Below, one piece after another: positions 51,679 through 64,000 of a DNA stretch of 64,000 nt. The stretch is from Phallusia mammillata (Eukaryota). The stretch spans positions 11,532,001-11,596,000 of the forward strand of contig OZ281494.1 in the NCBI GenBank assembly GCA_965637545.1, written 5' to 3'. Numbering within the stretch: position 1 is the stretch's first letter; each line of letters opens with the position of its first letter. The notes beneath the pieces were generated by a model that was not told the origin of the DNA, did not search any database, and saw only the letters and a list, made by a program, of their open reading frames with translations. Both the position numbers and the translations under genes were made by a program.

Positions 51679-54600
51679 AGGTTGAAACTGTATCTTCCCC
51701 AGCAATCCGAATAATGTAGCAATGACATCGCTATGCAGCCTAATATTACCAAGTTTATGCCTCACATCGTTAACGTGCTGTTTTTTTGCCGTGAGCATTT
51801 CAATCAAAATTTTAGTATTTTTATCCCTGTTTGATTTCAGATTGCTAGCTACACTGATACGCTTCATTTTTTTTGGACACATCATTTCGTATTTTTCTTC
51901 GTGTTTGTGCATGGTCAATGGTACAGTTTTACCGTTTTCTTACGAACTTAATTTATTGACTTACTTCTGTAATTTGAAGTTTTAGTCCGCTGAACCTAGT
52001 GCAATCGTAATCAGCGCCAATCAAAGTTTCGTTCACACGTTGAATTTTTAATATGAATATTTAATTTATTTTTGATACTAATCTGGGTTTTAACTTCTAA
52101 CCAAAAATTCATGTAAATTGTGTTTTAAATTGTTTTAATTTGTTATGCATATTATTAAATTTATTACGTATACTTTTTTCACTTTACTTTCGCACCGTTC
52201 TAAATTCTTGGCCTACCAAGGTTTTGAACAGACGCACATGTACATAGGGTATGCTCGAATTAAAAAGAACCTAACTTAGAATCGGAAACAGTTTACGTTC
52301 AAACATCTGGTGTAGTTGTTAACGTATATCCTCATTCCTTTTTGGGTGATTGCATTTTTTTTCTGTTGTGCAACAAAATTCTCTTTCGCACAAATTACTG
52401 TTGTATACGCACTCAAACCACCTAAAAGTCAGGCTTTTGCCAATGTGTGGAAATCACAGTGGTGAACATTATGTTATAGACCAAATTAGCTCATTTCAAA
52501 AATGTGGCAACAGATAAGTTTTGCTTAGCTGTTGGTATTTTACAATTTTCCTAAATGCCACTGCATTTTTATTTGGCTTGATCTATAAGCGCTTTGCTTG
52601 GCCAAGTATCTTGTGTGCGTCATATATATATATATATTTTTTTTTTGAAGAAATTTTTAGGGAAATGAAAATCGAAACATATATGCTATTTATTTAATTG
52701 ATCATTTTTTGTGCTCTGTACCCGTTGTCTGTTCTTGGGCCAGATTTTTCGAGGCAACATATTTTTTTTAAATCGTTAGTTGCCCAATCGTTGTGCAGAA
52801 TTGCGTTTTTGTGTGTAATTGTGTGTATGGTGCTATTATCCCTTTTTTGGCTAAAAAATATTTCTATATCTTGTTGATCATGTATGTGTAAATTGAAAGA
52901 TCAAAATTTATTACTGGTTGCGCTTTTACTCGTCACGTGATTGTTGTCGAATATAAAAAATGTTTAGTCTTATCAAAGTTTATATTATATGCTGTGTTTA
53001 GTATTATCAAAGTTTATATTACATGTTCTTATATTATAAATTCAGTTTTGTATGAAATCGAAAAATATTTAGGCAAAAAAACAGTAAAGAACACTATTTT
53101 GCAAAAAAAGTTAATGCCACCGAAACGACCCCCACTCCCCTTTTTCCTCAAAAAGACTTGTTCTAAATTGCCCACACCTGAGCACCGCTTGCTTTTCACT
53201 CATCTTTCACCATTTCGACATCAGCTGTCGCAATAAATTACAGAAGCTCTGCTTTTTCCTGAGACCGGCGATGATTCATTTCGCCAAATCAGCAGAGAAA
53301 ACAACTGCACAGCCGCAGAGTCGTAAACTACTTGCTCGCCGAGGGCCGCAACGGTTTCTTATTAAAAACCTACGCTCTGCGATTGGCAGCTCCGGAAATG
53401 TAGGGGTCAGATGTCAAGCGTTCGGTAAAAGACGATGCTGCTCCCGTACAACCGCGTATTATCATCTCAACTGTCAGCGCGAGCTTGGCAAAAGCAGTTT
53501 ATGACGTTGGAAACTTTTGAGATTCATTTAGGCGTGCTGCTGTGGTGGTTGTATGGAGGAAAGGACCGTTTCAACAGGGCTATGACGTACAATACAAAAA
53601 GGCCGATTTTTTGTTGCGCCGCACTTTAAAAAAAAGCCATACATTTTGAGGTATGCCTAAATTGACATAGGGCTAAGTCCTGAAATGCAAAAAAAGGTTT
53701 GCTGCACCGCTCTTCGGAAAATGAGTTTTTTTTGAGATTCGTATCTTTTTACACCTTAACGTTGTTATATCAAAAGGATCTCTCTAAAATTTGGCGCTTA
53801 TGTTAATTTGAAAAATTATCTCGTAAAAAGCCATTCATTTTATGACTTGCAAAATTGACCTTAGATAAAAAAATCAAAATACATCAATCGTTGTGTGGAG
53901 CTCACCAAGCCTCGACCAATCACAACAAAGTCACGATAAGAGAGCCGATGATCCCTCATCAAAATACGCATTACCGGGGGTGACAATGGACGACATGCCT
54001 TTAGTTTCGTGCCTGAATCAGCGGTGGGAGGATTTACAATGCTCAGGCCATCTGCGGTTTATCTGTCGCAGGTAAACAAAACAGACGTCTCTCCTCACAG
54101 AGGTTCTTCATGCCGAAAAGAGTCAAGCACACAATGTCTGATTTTAATGGACCAATTTTTGGCAAATTCCAAGCTGAAAGCATAGCATAATGCCCTTTTA
54201 CACTAATATGTGTTTCTTAACTCTTTAGGTCCGTCAAAAGTTTTTTTTAAACAAATTGCGTATGTATCAGTTTTTAATCACCAAAACGAAAGCGTTTAAC
54301 CAGCTTTTTGACATGTTTATGGTTGTTTTGTAACCTACAAAAAATTTTCTCTTTTGACGGATGATAGTCTGCTCTAACAAAAAAGACCGTTGAAGTTATC
54401 AAATATTTTTTTTTTAATCTTTTGATTTTTTACAAGTTATCGCATGTTAAGTCACCAACTAACTATGATATAGGCCTAACTTGACTGCACCTGTATTACC
54501 ACCAGTCTTAAAATTTAATGGCCTTCCATGCGTATTTTTGAAAGAAGTAACATTCATACAAAATGCGCACAGTATAATTTTTCGCCACCATCTGTCAGAC

Positions 54601-55288
54601 AGAAAACGCAATTCCAAATGCCAGGATAACAAAAGTTCCATTTAAAATTAATTCATGGCGATTGAAGAGTGCACCCAAAAATCACAAAACGATTTAAAAA
54701 GACACATATAAGGCAACAAATAAACGGCAACGACGGGTAAAACAAAAAACGGGCGAAAACAAGTTAGTATAGGCTAACTACAAGGCGATATATATGTATA
54801 TTGGCATATTTGTTAGTGCAATTGGCGAAAGAAAAAAAAACAATACAAAAGAAAGGTAAAAATAGCAACAAACAATTCATGTTGTTATACGTTTGCTTGT
54901 GGTTTGTGTTTTACATATTGTGCAAATCGCAAATTAATTTTATCTGAGACGAGTAAAAGGCAGTTAGACGACATGGCTATTTTCATGTATGAGGTTCTAC
55001 TATTCTACAGGCAGCGAAAACCAATATTGTTTTCTGCATATTTGTAACTATTTTTTGTCGACCTCAACCATATTGAAGCCAGATATCATGGCCAAAATAT
55101 TGTATAACTTTTCAAACAATTGACATTTACAGCGCCGCATTTTTAAAGCCATTCTTTGATATGATTGTTGATTTAAAAAAATATGGCCGGTTACCAGCGG
55201 TTGAGCATTCGTTCGTCACGCATGCGTGAGTACACCGCGGCGAGCATCTGTTGCGAAACAGCAGCCTCCAAGTCAAGAAATTCAAGCT

Positions 55289-58200
55289 TTATGAGGAGGC
55301 ACTTGCATGTGTTTGCCTTGCATCTGAACCAGACTTATTGGTTTCCGAAGAAATCTTTGAATCTGCAGAAACACAGATACGAAACATTACTCACAAGGTA
55401 CCGCTAAAACTTACAGTGTGTTTGTTACAAGAACGAAGTAATTGGCTTATTGCTTACAAGCATACTACGCCTACTTTGAATGCCTTTTTGTGCCTGTTTT
55501 CAACCCTTCAGCCCAGGGACTTCAAAGGCAAGCACGTGCTCACGCGGCAAGCTTTGTCGGCTATTTGTGTGCAATTGCGATCAAGCGAATCAAAACTTAA
55601 ACCTACCGAGCACCCAAAATTGACTGCGCTTGCCATTCTACTGGATATAAATGCGCATGTTGTGTCACGCAATCAAATACCTTGAAAAAATGTGACCTTA
55701 TCAGTAACCGTTATGCTAGGCTTACAAAAATTAATAGTAGTTCAAGGATTTTTAAGCCTAAATTATGCAATGGCCACAAACTTAGACCAATGCAACCCAA
55801 CCTCGTGTTTGTAGTTAAACTTAGTGATTTATTATTACAATTTATTTAAACTACAAAGTTGTTCATCCACGTTGCGACTTACCTGCTTGAGAAGTATGCG
55901 AATGCTTCGGAAAGCCGTTTTGTTGCGCGCCATTTTGTTGCTGGTGTTGGTGTTGCGGGTGACTTTGAACGTGCTGTACGTGTGACATCATAGATTGGTC
56001 TATGCCGTTCATTGCAGCTGTTGGTGGTGGTAGGGGAACGTGCTGTTGTTGCCAAGCTGGGTGGCCGTACGGTGACATGTATGTGGGCGATGGGTAGGCG
56101 CTTACTGGATGCTGCATCATTGGCGCGCTTGTGGCAACGAATGGTTGATTGGAAGGTGCCGCATACACGGAGTTTGACGGCTGATTGGGTGTAGGGCGGT
56201 TCTAAAATTCAGAGAATACTGATTAGTGATGTATGTGGCTTCGTAAACTTTAAACACTTGAAACGGATTTAGTTTAAATTATGTTTTACAAACCAGAGAA
56301 CAAGCATGTGGCTTTGAGGTAATGGTGTTACTAAAACTCAAATATGTTTATACAAACTTTACAATCCCACAATTCTAAATTGCAAAACATAATACAATCC
56401 TACATTACAAAAGATTTTACAATCCTAAATTGCAAAAAAATAAGAAGTACAGAATATAATGTGGTTTTAGTCGTGTGCTAAACGCTCAACTTTATTCCTT
56501 ACCTCTTCGCTGGAAGTGTGAAGTGCAGTGACTTCCCTCGCTTGGGCAGAGTCCTTGTCCACTCCATTTAGCGTTACGGACGTGACTTGCGTTGGCGGTG
56601 GGACACCGTATGCTGTCACATTGTTCCATTCTTCGATCTTTGGTATCATAGCTGGCATGGTTACTGGCACCAGCTGGTGATGTTGATAGTTACCGGCGCT
56701 ACTCGTCACGTGACTGCCTTCGATCATGTGATTGGCATGGCTGCTTGCTGCAAAATGATTTGTTGTTGTTACATTGTGAAATATTGCAATTGGCTAATAT
56801 GATGCAAAACAATTCAGTAAAATGAAGAACAGTTTTTTGGCGTTGGTTGGTTTAGTCTTAAAACGCTGACCGTTAGGTGGCGTACGTTTAGGCTGTATGT
56901 TGTAATAGGCGTTGCTTGCTCGGTTTGAATCACGTGAAAAATTACTTGTTTGAGAGGAATTAATCCAAAATTTAGTTATTCCGTTATTTCTAGTTGTCAA
57001 TGTTTTGGCTTTTGTAGTGTGTGTAAATATAGTAGAATTAAGAACGGTTGACCTGCGGGAAAAATAGAGCCGACTTTCTTAAAAAACACTCTTTGGGGGA
57101 TTTAAAGAACATAATCTCAGGTGATGTTTGTAGTTGGGACCATGACTAAATAGTGCGATGTCAAAATTTTCCCACGTTGTCGCACCTTCACTATTCACGG
57201 GCAAGACGAGGCTTGACGAGAGGCGAGCGGGCGACGCACACTGCCATGGCAGAACGGCCTTAAGAAAACTTTCACTCGCTTCGTTAAGGTTCGGAACGTT
57301 TGCATGCATCTACTACACGTGCGTGTCTTGAGCATGAATCCGAGCAGATAGTTTTCCGGCCCTGGGCGTCAGGCTCTTGCGTTACGCCCGCTGACGGCTT
57401 TCCAAGTGGCCATAGACACGTGTACATGTAGCGATCCCTTGCCACCCCTGTCCGTAGCGCTTCTATGCATAATGCATGACGTGTATGTTGCGTAACGGCG
57501 TTCGCCTAAGCCGGCGAGATTTGAGCGAAAGCTCGGGATGCGAACATCAGCTGGCGTTAAAAACAAAATGGCGATGTCTCGCTTGGCTTAAGCCGCGTGC
57601 GCACAAGGTCGCCCCGCGCCTGTGCATCTCATGTTTTAACATTCAATTAGGTGAATCTGACTGCAGCGAGCCGCAACAATATGCGGACGTCGGGCCGAAT
57701 TAGTCATGCCTATTTGCTGGACAGTAGCCCTTTTCACGTTTAGGAGGTGGACTTGCATACATTTCCCCGCTTTCGCCCGCCATTGATGCGACTCGGTGCA
57801 TGCACAATTCGTATTGTCTCTCACTTTACGGCCAGTGAAAATCCTAGCACCCTCCACTCTGAAGTACGACCCGAACTCGAGGACTGGGAAACGGGATATT
57901 TTTCAGGTGCACGATGGTGTTGAGTTGCTGTTTGCGAGTATTTCGTGCCCAGAAAGGTCGACAACAAGTTTTGTGGGTGACGCCTACGCTCAGTGATAAA
58001 TTTACCTTTGAATTATCTAACAAAATAATAGATAACCTACCCGATAATCTCCGTACAAACATATAAGCTTGCATTCTCAACGCCTATTTCGACTAAAGAA
58101 AACGTAAAGACCTTTTACAAATTTTTGTTTTGTAGCAAGATTATTGTGATATCGAAAAATTTTTTGAAAGTTGGAATTTGTGTATTTGCGGGAAAATATC

Positions 58201-59671
58201 AGCTTTTTGAATTTTTTGAGACGAATGAATTGTCATTTTGCAAATATTGGCGTTTAACCAATATCGCGTGTGTTTCAAGCAGGGGTCGTTGGTGGGGCTG
58301 TGTCGGGCAGCTTCCCTGGGAAAGTCACGCTATTCGCATTTGGGCGTGACGGAAACCTGCTGCGGGACGACTTGTAAGAAAAGTTGGTCGGGCGGTATGC
58401 GCGTCCAGTTACATATTGGGACCTAAAAACTGTAGAAACTTCTGACCCGATTCGGCGCAGACAAGGCAAAAATAGCAACGTGCCCTCGCAGATGTTATCC
58501 CTAGCTCCCGTCGATGTTATATCGCTAATTGAGCGGGAGCAGGCCTTAGCTGCGCACTTACGACCATCGTTGTTGATACAAGAACCTCCTGATGTTCATC
58601 TTGCTAATAACCCATTCACTTATACTGTTTATTATGCAGTGCTGGACATTTTGTCTTTCGGCACGTTTCTATTTCACTGATGCTTGGGACAGTTTAAACT
58701 GACGTAAAAAGGGAAGTGTCTGAATTTTGTGCCTCTCTCTATACAGTTTGTTTATTTGTGCGGATAAAATAACGAGCTTGGTAATTTGATACCACACAAA
58801 GGCAGCTTTGGAAATTCGCACGTCGATTTACCAAATTGACGTAATTTATTTTAAACAAAGCGTAAAAAGTTGCTTTTTCATTCTAAAGTTTTAAGTGGCG
58901 ACGAAAATTATGTGTTTTGTTCTGGCGTTCTAGCATACAGACGTTTTTATTGGAAAAGTAAATATAATTTAGTCCTTAAACTAATTTCAAACAAAGAATA
59001 TTTACCTTGGCTGTGTGGTTGGTCAAATCTTGAAAATCCGAGTATTTCGGTCACAGAATGCGAGTAGAGCGGATGTCCCATCGGGTTTCGCAGACTTGGG
59101 GTTCCGTTGCCAGGTATTGTGGTTTTCGGTACAGACGGTACCATGTAGTGATGGTTATAAATCGGAGAGCTGTACATGCCTGGCCTCATCCCACCCGACT
59201 GTGTTGAAGTGGTGTGCTCCATAGTTGCGGCTGCTGGTACGTAGTTTGGGTTTAAAGGGTTATTCGGGTGCAGCACGTTGCCGATCTTGTTGCGCAGAAT
59301 ACGGCTGATAGAGCTCACCGACGGCACGTTGTATTTATCGCATACAGCGTCACTCAGCAAACGATCTCGGATCTCCCAGGCAAAAATACCCGGATCCCGT
59401 ACCTTGTATTCCTTGATTGCCTGCACCACACCGGGTGTAGTGACTCTAGGTTTGCTACCGCCTATAGCGCCAGGTAGTATAGATCCAGTCTCGTTGTAGC
59501 GGGCTAGTATCTTGCTTACGCATCCGTGAGACACGCGAAGCTGACGGCTGATGTCGCACGGTCGAATTCCGAGTTGGGCGAGCTCGATGATTCTCAACCG
59601 TATAGCGTTTGGAAGGGGTCGCCCATTGACGAACACTCCGCCGAGCTGGTTCACTTCACCAAATGTTTGAT
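55289..59671 (-). CDS. Pax1/9: Paired-box transcription factor Pax1/9 (paired domain plus octapeptide, no homeodomain), ~435 aa; first exon not securely located
   Basis: Exons 59671-59006, 56747-56503, 56201-55883, 55362-55289 join in phase. Paired domain [80 protein letters not shown]...[11 protein letters not shown] is group I type. Octapeptide HSVTEILG. The paired exon starts in phase 1, implying an upstream ATG-G exon. Confidence 0.96.
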
Positions 59672-62600
59672 CTGCAACACAAGTCTGTTGTAAGAATATG
59701 ACAGATATGCGTTAATGCGAACAATATTAGCATCCTATATTTTTGACCAACGTATATTGTTAACATTTGTCATGGTATGCATTATAAGTGAAAACTATTA
59801 TTTAGTTTGATTTTCAAAAAATAAATAGGAATGAAACCAACAATTATTTGCTTTATACCCATAAAACGCTTGCAACTGTATTTAACATTGGATACACTGC
59901 ATACGCGCACATAAATACAAAATGGCGGAACCGCGAGGCACCTTATTGTAAAAGTCATATTTCGCAACCTTTTTTCACTTAGATTTTGTTTGGCACATCC
60001 TACACATAAAGCGTTTGGTTGGTAAATCAACCGCTATAGTAAAGCAGAGAATTCAAGTCTTTAAACAGTTTTTTTATCAACACTGGTAAAAACGCGTTAG
60101 CATGAGAATTTTACCAAAATACTAAAGATACACATATCTGTACAATACTGGTATCTTTGATGACACCATATCGCAAAGTTGCAACAGAAATGATTGCAAA
60201 AACTTCACCTAGCATTTCCTTCTGTTTGGGAGTAAGCTTGCTGATTGATAGACACTCGGGATGTTTGAAAGACGGCGATTCAAGGCCCATACTGGGGCGC
60301 AGACACGAAATCATGATTGAGCTTTTTAAGGCTACCGAGCTTTGGTCTAAGAACTGCGCACTAAGATTTTTTTCCACAACCTTTTCAAGATAATTAGGTG
60401 AATGCAAGTTTCACAAAAAACTCTATGCAGGAAAACAAATTAGTAGAAAATTTCAAAAAAAATCGAAGCACACTTTGCCTCAACTATAAATTAGCTTAAA
60501 AAAGCCATCTAAAAAAGGAATCACAAGAAAACTTTCTGGTGCGTTTTAGGCTTAAATATCTCGTGAAAACGCACATAAATTTCTTTCCCGAGCGGTTGTG
60601 CATTACAGAAATTTTAATCTTGTTTTACGGGGTGCAGAGATTTATTGCTTGCAAATATCGATCATAGCATCTTTTTACTGCAAAACAAACCCGCTGCCTC
60701 TCTTCCATGGCGGACGCGCGTTGTGTGCTTGTTGTGAAAACGGGTGGACACGCGAATGTCCACAAATTCACATCCACTACAAGCTGTCAAATGCGTTTGG
60801 CGCGACCACTACCTGCTTGAACGACAACTGCGACCGCCCATCGCTGTCAAGCGGGGTTTTGTTTGCTTCAATTGCTCGCCTTCCCGACTATTGATACCCT
60901 GCTTTTGTGCAAATCCATTTGACACCGTTTTGAAAACGCGCCGAGCACAATACGGACCGCCCTCCCCCCTGGTCGACTCATTTGAGCTTTTCCAAACAGG
61001 AGCCTTTGTGCCCGGGGATCGCGGTCTTCCAGCCCACCGGTGCTAAAATAATAAAATTCATCGGTGCTCGTCAGCCGAATTTCAGCCTAATCGGACAAAA
61101 ATCTTCGCCGAGATAAGCGTCGTCATCCATTTCGACCCCCCTGTCACTGCGGGATAAATCCCAATCGAAAGGTAGTTTTCGTTGCAGCCGCCGATTTCTC
61201 GGTGTTGAGCCGGGCGGAGGTAGGCAAAGAAAACATGGAGATAAATGTCCGTCGCTCGCATTTGACTGAAAAGTTTGCCCGCAGATTTGCGCAAGCCCCT
61301 TGAGCACGCAAAACTCTACAGTATGCATGAAGTGGCCAAAGCTAGTCACGCATAGGGACGTTAACTGTTGGCCTGGTTGAGACTTTTTAAAGTATTCGCA
61401 AGACTTTTCACTGGGTGGTAAAAAAGATTTACAATTTTAATAAATTTGCGCAAATTGTATATTTATATCTTTTGCATACAATTTCAATTTGTAGTTTGTG
61501 CACTGATAAATTTGTTCATACTTATTGGCCAATTGAATTAAAATGCTTTTTTAAAACTTTAAATTAAAAACCTATCACATTTGTTCAATCAAAGAAAGCT
61601 CTGTTTAGCTGTGGACTGAATGAAGCCTGTTTTAAACTGGATTAGCACCTTATCTGCGTTTCGATATTTTACATAGAATTGTAAATACAACAAAATTCCT
61701 CACGCCCAACGATGAAACGTGTGTGAGAAAACCAACAATATTTGATCGTTCAATCGAACCGGGATAAATGTTTATTCAGTCCTGGCTTGACGCTCGCTTA
61801 TTGAATTGAATTCAGGCGACAGACATGCAGGTATTACTAGATAAACACCCTCGATTGCCCTTTAGTAAACTCTGACTAAAGGTTTTGTCCATGCTCATGA
61901 CCACAATATGGTTACATTTTGAGCCAAGAAATAGTTTTTAAATCTGTTTTACCTGTTTAGTTTGTGTATTTGTTACTAGTTTGTATTTGTAAATATCTAA
62001 TATTATTAATTTTTGTAGGTTTAAGTTTTTGCTATAAATAAACATTATGCGATTATAGTTTAAGTTTGTTCCTTATGTTCAAGACCAAGCAAGCACTTAA
62101 AAATCGAAAATGACACATAGGACAAATATTCATTTGTACTGTCTTCAAACATTCAAATTTATGAAGGAAAATAAAATTGACCCGTGCATTAAGGTTTTAC
62201 TATTTTTTTAATGTTAAAACAAGAAAACAAACTTACTGTTCGAAGTAGGTGGCGACATCATAGACACCATTCCTGAGCTTTGTAGAGGCGGACTAAAAGT
62301 AACTGCTTGGCCCTGGGTTGGAGCGGTTTGCATATTAATCATTGGGACTTCTTTGCGCCTTATGCGCCACAAAAGATCAGCTATGTTGTTGGCCTAATAC
62401 TTCACGGTATATCGCAGTTCTTTTCGAAGTCACTTACGGTTATAGATGATCGCCAATAAATGCCTGCGTATAGGAAACAGCTTGTTACCAGACTACAGAA
62501 ATTCAATGGGCTGAGATGATTTATGAATAAAATTCCTTTTCAGCGACGGATTAATATTTCCCAGTGTTGTATTCTCCCAGCTCATTACGTTCTCTTTGGT

Positions 62601-63001
62601 ATTTATCGTTATATCAAAAAAAGTTACAATGTTTTTTAAAAAGTTACAAGAAACGTTTTGACTTATTATTTATGCTAATCCCAATTTTTTTTATTTCGTT
62701 TTATTTTTAAAAAATTGTACTTGAAAACACACATTCTTTTTTAGCTTTCTAAAAAGTTCAAATATTATTTAAAAAAGCGGTAACAATGTGTGAACCAGAA
62801 ATCCTTTAAGACCGATTTTTAAAACCAGCAATACCACATTATGATAACCTAACAACCGAAAACACGACCCAGCACCAAACTACTGCGAACGATAAATTTT
62901 CTCGTAAACCCGGGTCTCTTTCGACCAAAAACAACAGAGCCAGCTCCATCAGCGATAAGGATAAGGCGACTAAGAGTCTCATTCCACAACAGGGGTAGAA
63001 G

Positions 63002-63009
63002 TATATAAG
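63002..63009 (+). promoter_or_regulatory. TATA-box-like TATATAAG in a GC-richer patch upstream of Pax1/9
   Basis: Perfect TATAWAWR on the plus strand. No downstream coding exon was recognised within the window. Confidence 0.25.
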
Positions 63010-64000
63010 CAAAAGTAACTCGGCGCCTTTTTCGCCCCCAAATCGGGTATGTCACCCGAAACCCTATTAGCTGTCGGCAACCTGCCCCGAAGTCGCTTCC
63101 TTGCCGGTCGTGATAGGGATGCGTCTCCATTCGGCACGTTCGAGCCCAGCGCGGCACTTATGTGGCTCCTGGACCCTTCTCCGCATGGATATTTTTAGCG
63201 CGGGTTTAGTTTTGCTGTTTGTCAGGTTGTGACTGCTCGATGTTAAGAATTGGGGATTCGCACGCACGGTGATGTGGTTCCAGAGAATATTCCTTTCTCC
63301 AACTCATGTATTTTCCGGAGGCAGAATTAAGCTTTAACTGAAAATAAATGTTTTCTACAAAATCAAGTCCTAGTCCTTGTTGGCCAACAAACATTACCAT
63401 ATCCCGTCTTGGATGCGCGACCATCTGATGTCGGTTGCAAACTGCCGGAGACGTGCTGTCATCTTGCGCGGTTCATTGCAAGAGCTGATCCCAAGGTCCA
63501 ACATTGGATTTGATCCCTGTCGACAACTGTTAAGTGCGTGCACCGGTTAAGGTCGCAGAAGAACGATTCCGCTTTTTATCTTGTTGACGGAAAGCTTCCT
63601 CTGATGGCCAGATTGAAGTTTCGTCCTAACTAAGGGGTGATGAGTTTTTCCCTGTGTACATTTCCCGTATTGCTGCAGCAATAAAATGAAAGCTCCTGAT
63701 GTACCAATGTGCTGTGACTGGGAGATTGACAGTCGGTACTTCGTGATCGAACTACGTATGGTCTTGACATGTAGCAGAACCGATATCTTTAACAATATAT
63801 ACGTGTTTTCACAATGTCTCTTCGAGAGTGGGGACATTTTGTCACAAATTGATCCAAAATGGTCTGAAATAAGGACTAAATTGTCTGGATTCCAAATTTA
63901 AAATTTTTTAAATAATACAAAACCAAGTTTTGTGAAACATAACTACGTTGTGAAAGTAGTACAAACTTGTGTATGATTTTACATTGAGAAACATTTTTTT

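Noticed and set aside
57560-59930. YY1/PHO-like AAAATGGCG motifs near Pax1/9
   Set aside because: Only two short matches, and similar ones occur elsewhere in the window.
36469-63901. Remaining 60-144 aa ORFs in the track outside the exons listed
   Set aside because: No domain motifs or splice-phase support; consistent with chance ORFs or antisense shadows of real exons.

Overview
Eukaryotic genomic DNA: AT-rich, GT-AG introns (many only ~60 nt), eight protein-coding genes. It is most likely an ascidian/tunicate or similar compact invertebrate deuterostome genome; this is inferred from the single Pax1/9 gene and the compact layout. I spliced all gene models by hand, checking reading phase at each junction. 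Left to right: NUSAP1-like (-, 3' end outside the window); an intronless RNF4-like SUMO-targeted RING ligase (+); BIVM (+); MEA1 (-); a class A peptide-type GPCR (+); a ~870-aa uncharacterised coiled-coil/SAM-domain protein (-, 12 exons); SLC25A21 (+, 10 exons); and Pax1/9 (-), tail-to-tail with SLC25A21. Introns hold four intact hAT MITEs with 8-bp target-site duplications, a Helentron-like element with a ~158-bp tandem array, and smaller relics. The best leads are the retained Pax1/9-SLC25A21 pair with enlarged bystander introns, the unnamed SAM protein, a possible RNF4-BIVM operon junction, and a papain-like Cys/His/acid motif set in BIVM. There is no CRISPR array, rRNA or intact tRNA, and nothing here can be proven novel from sequence alone.
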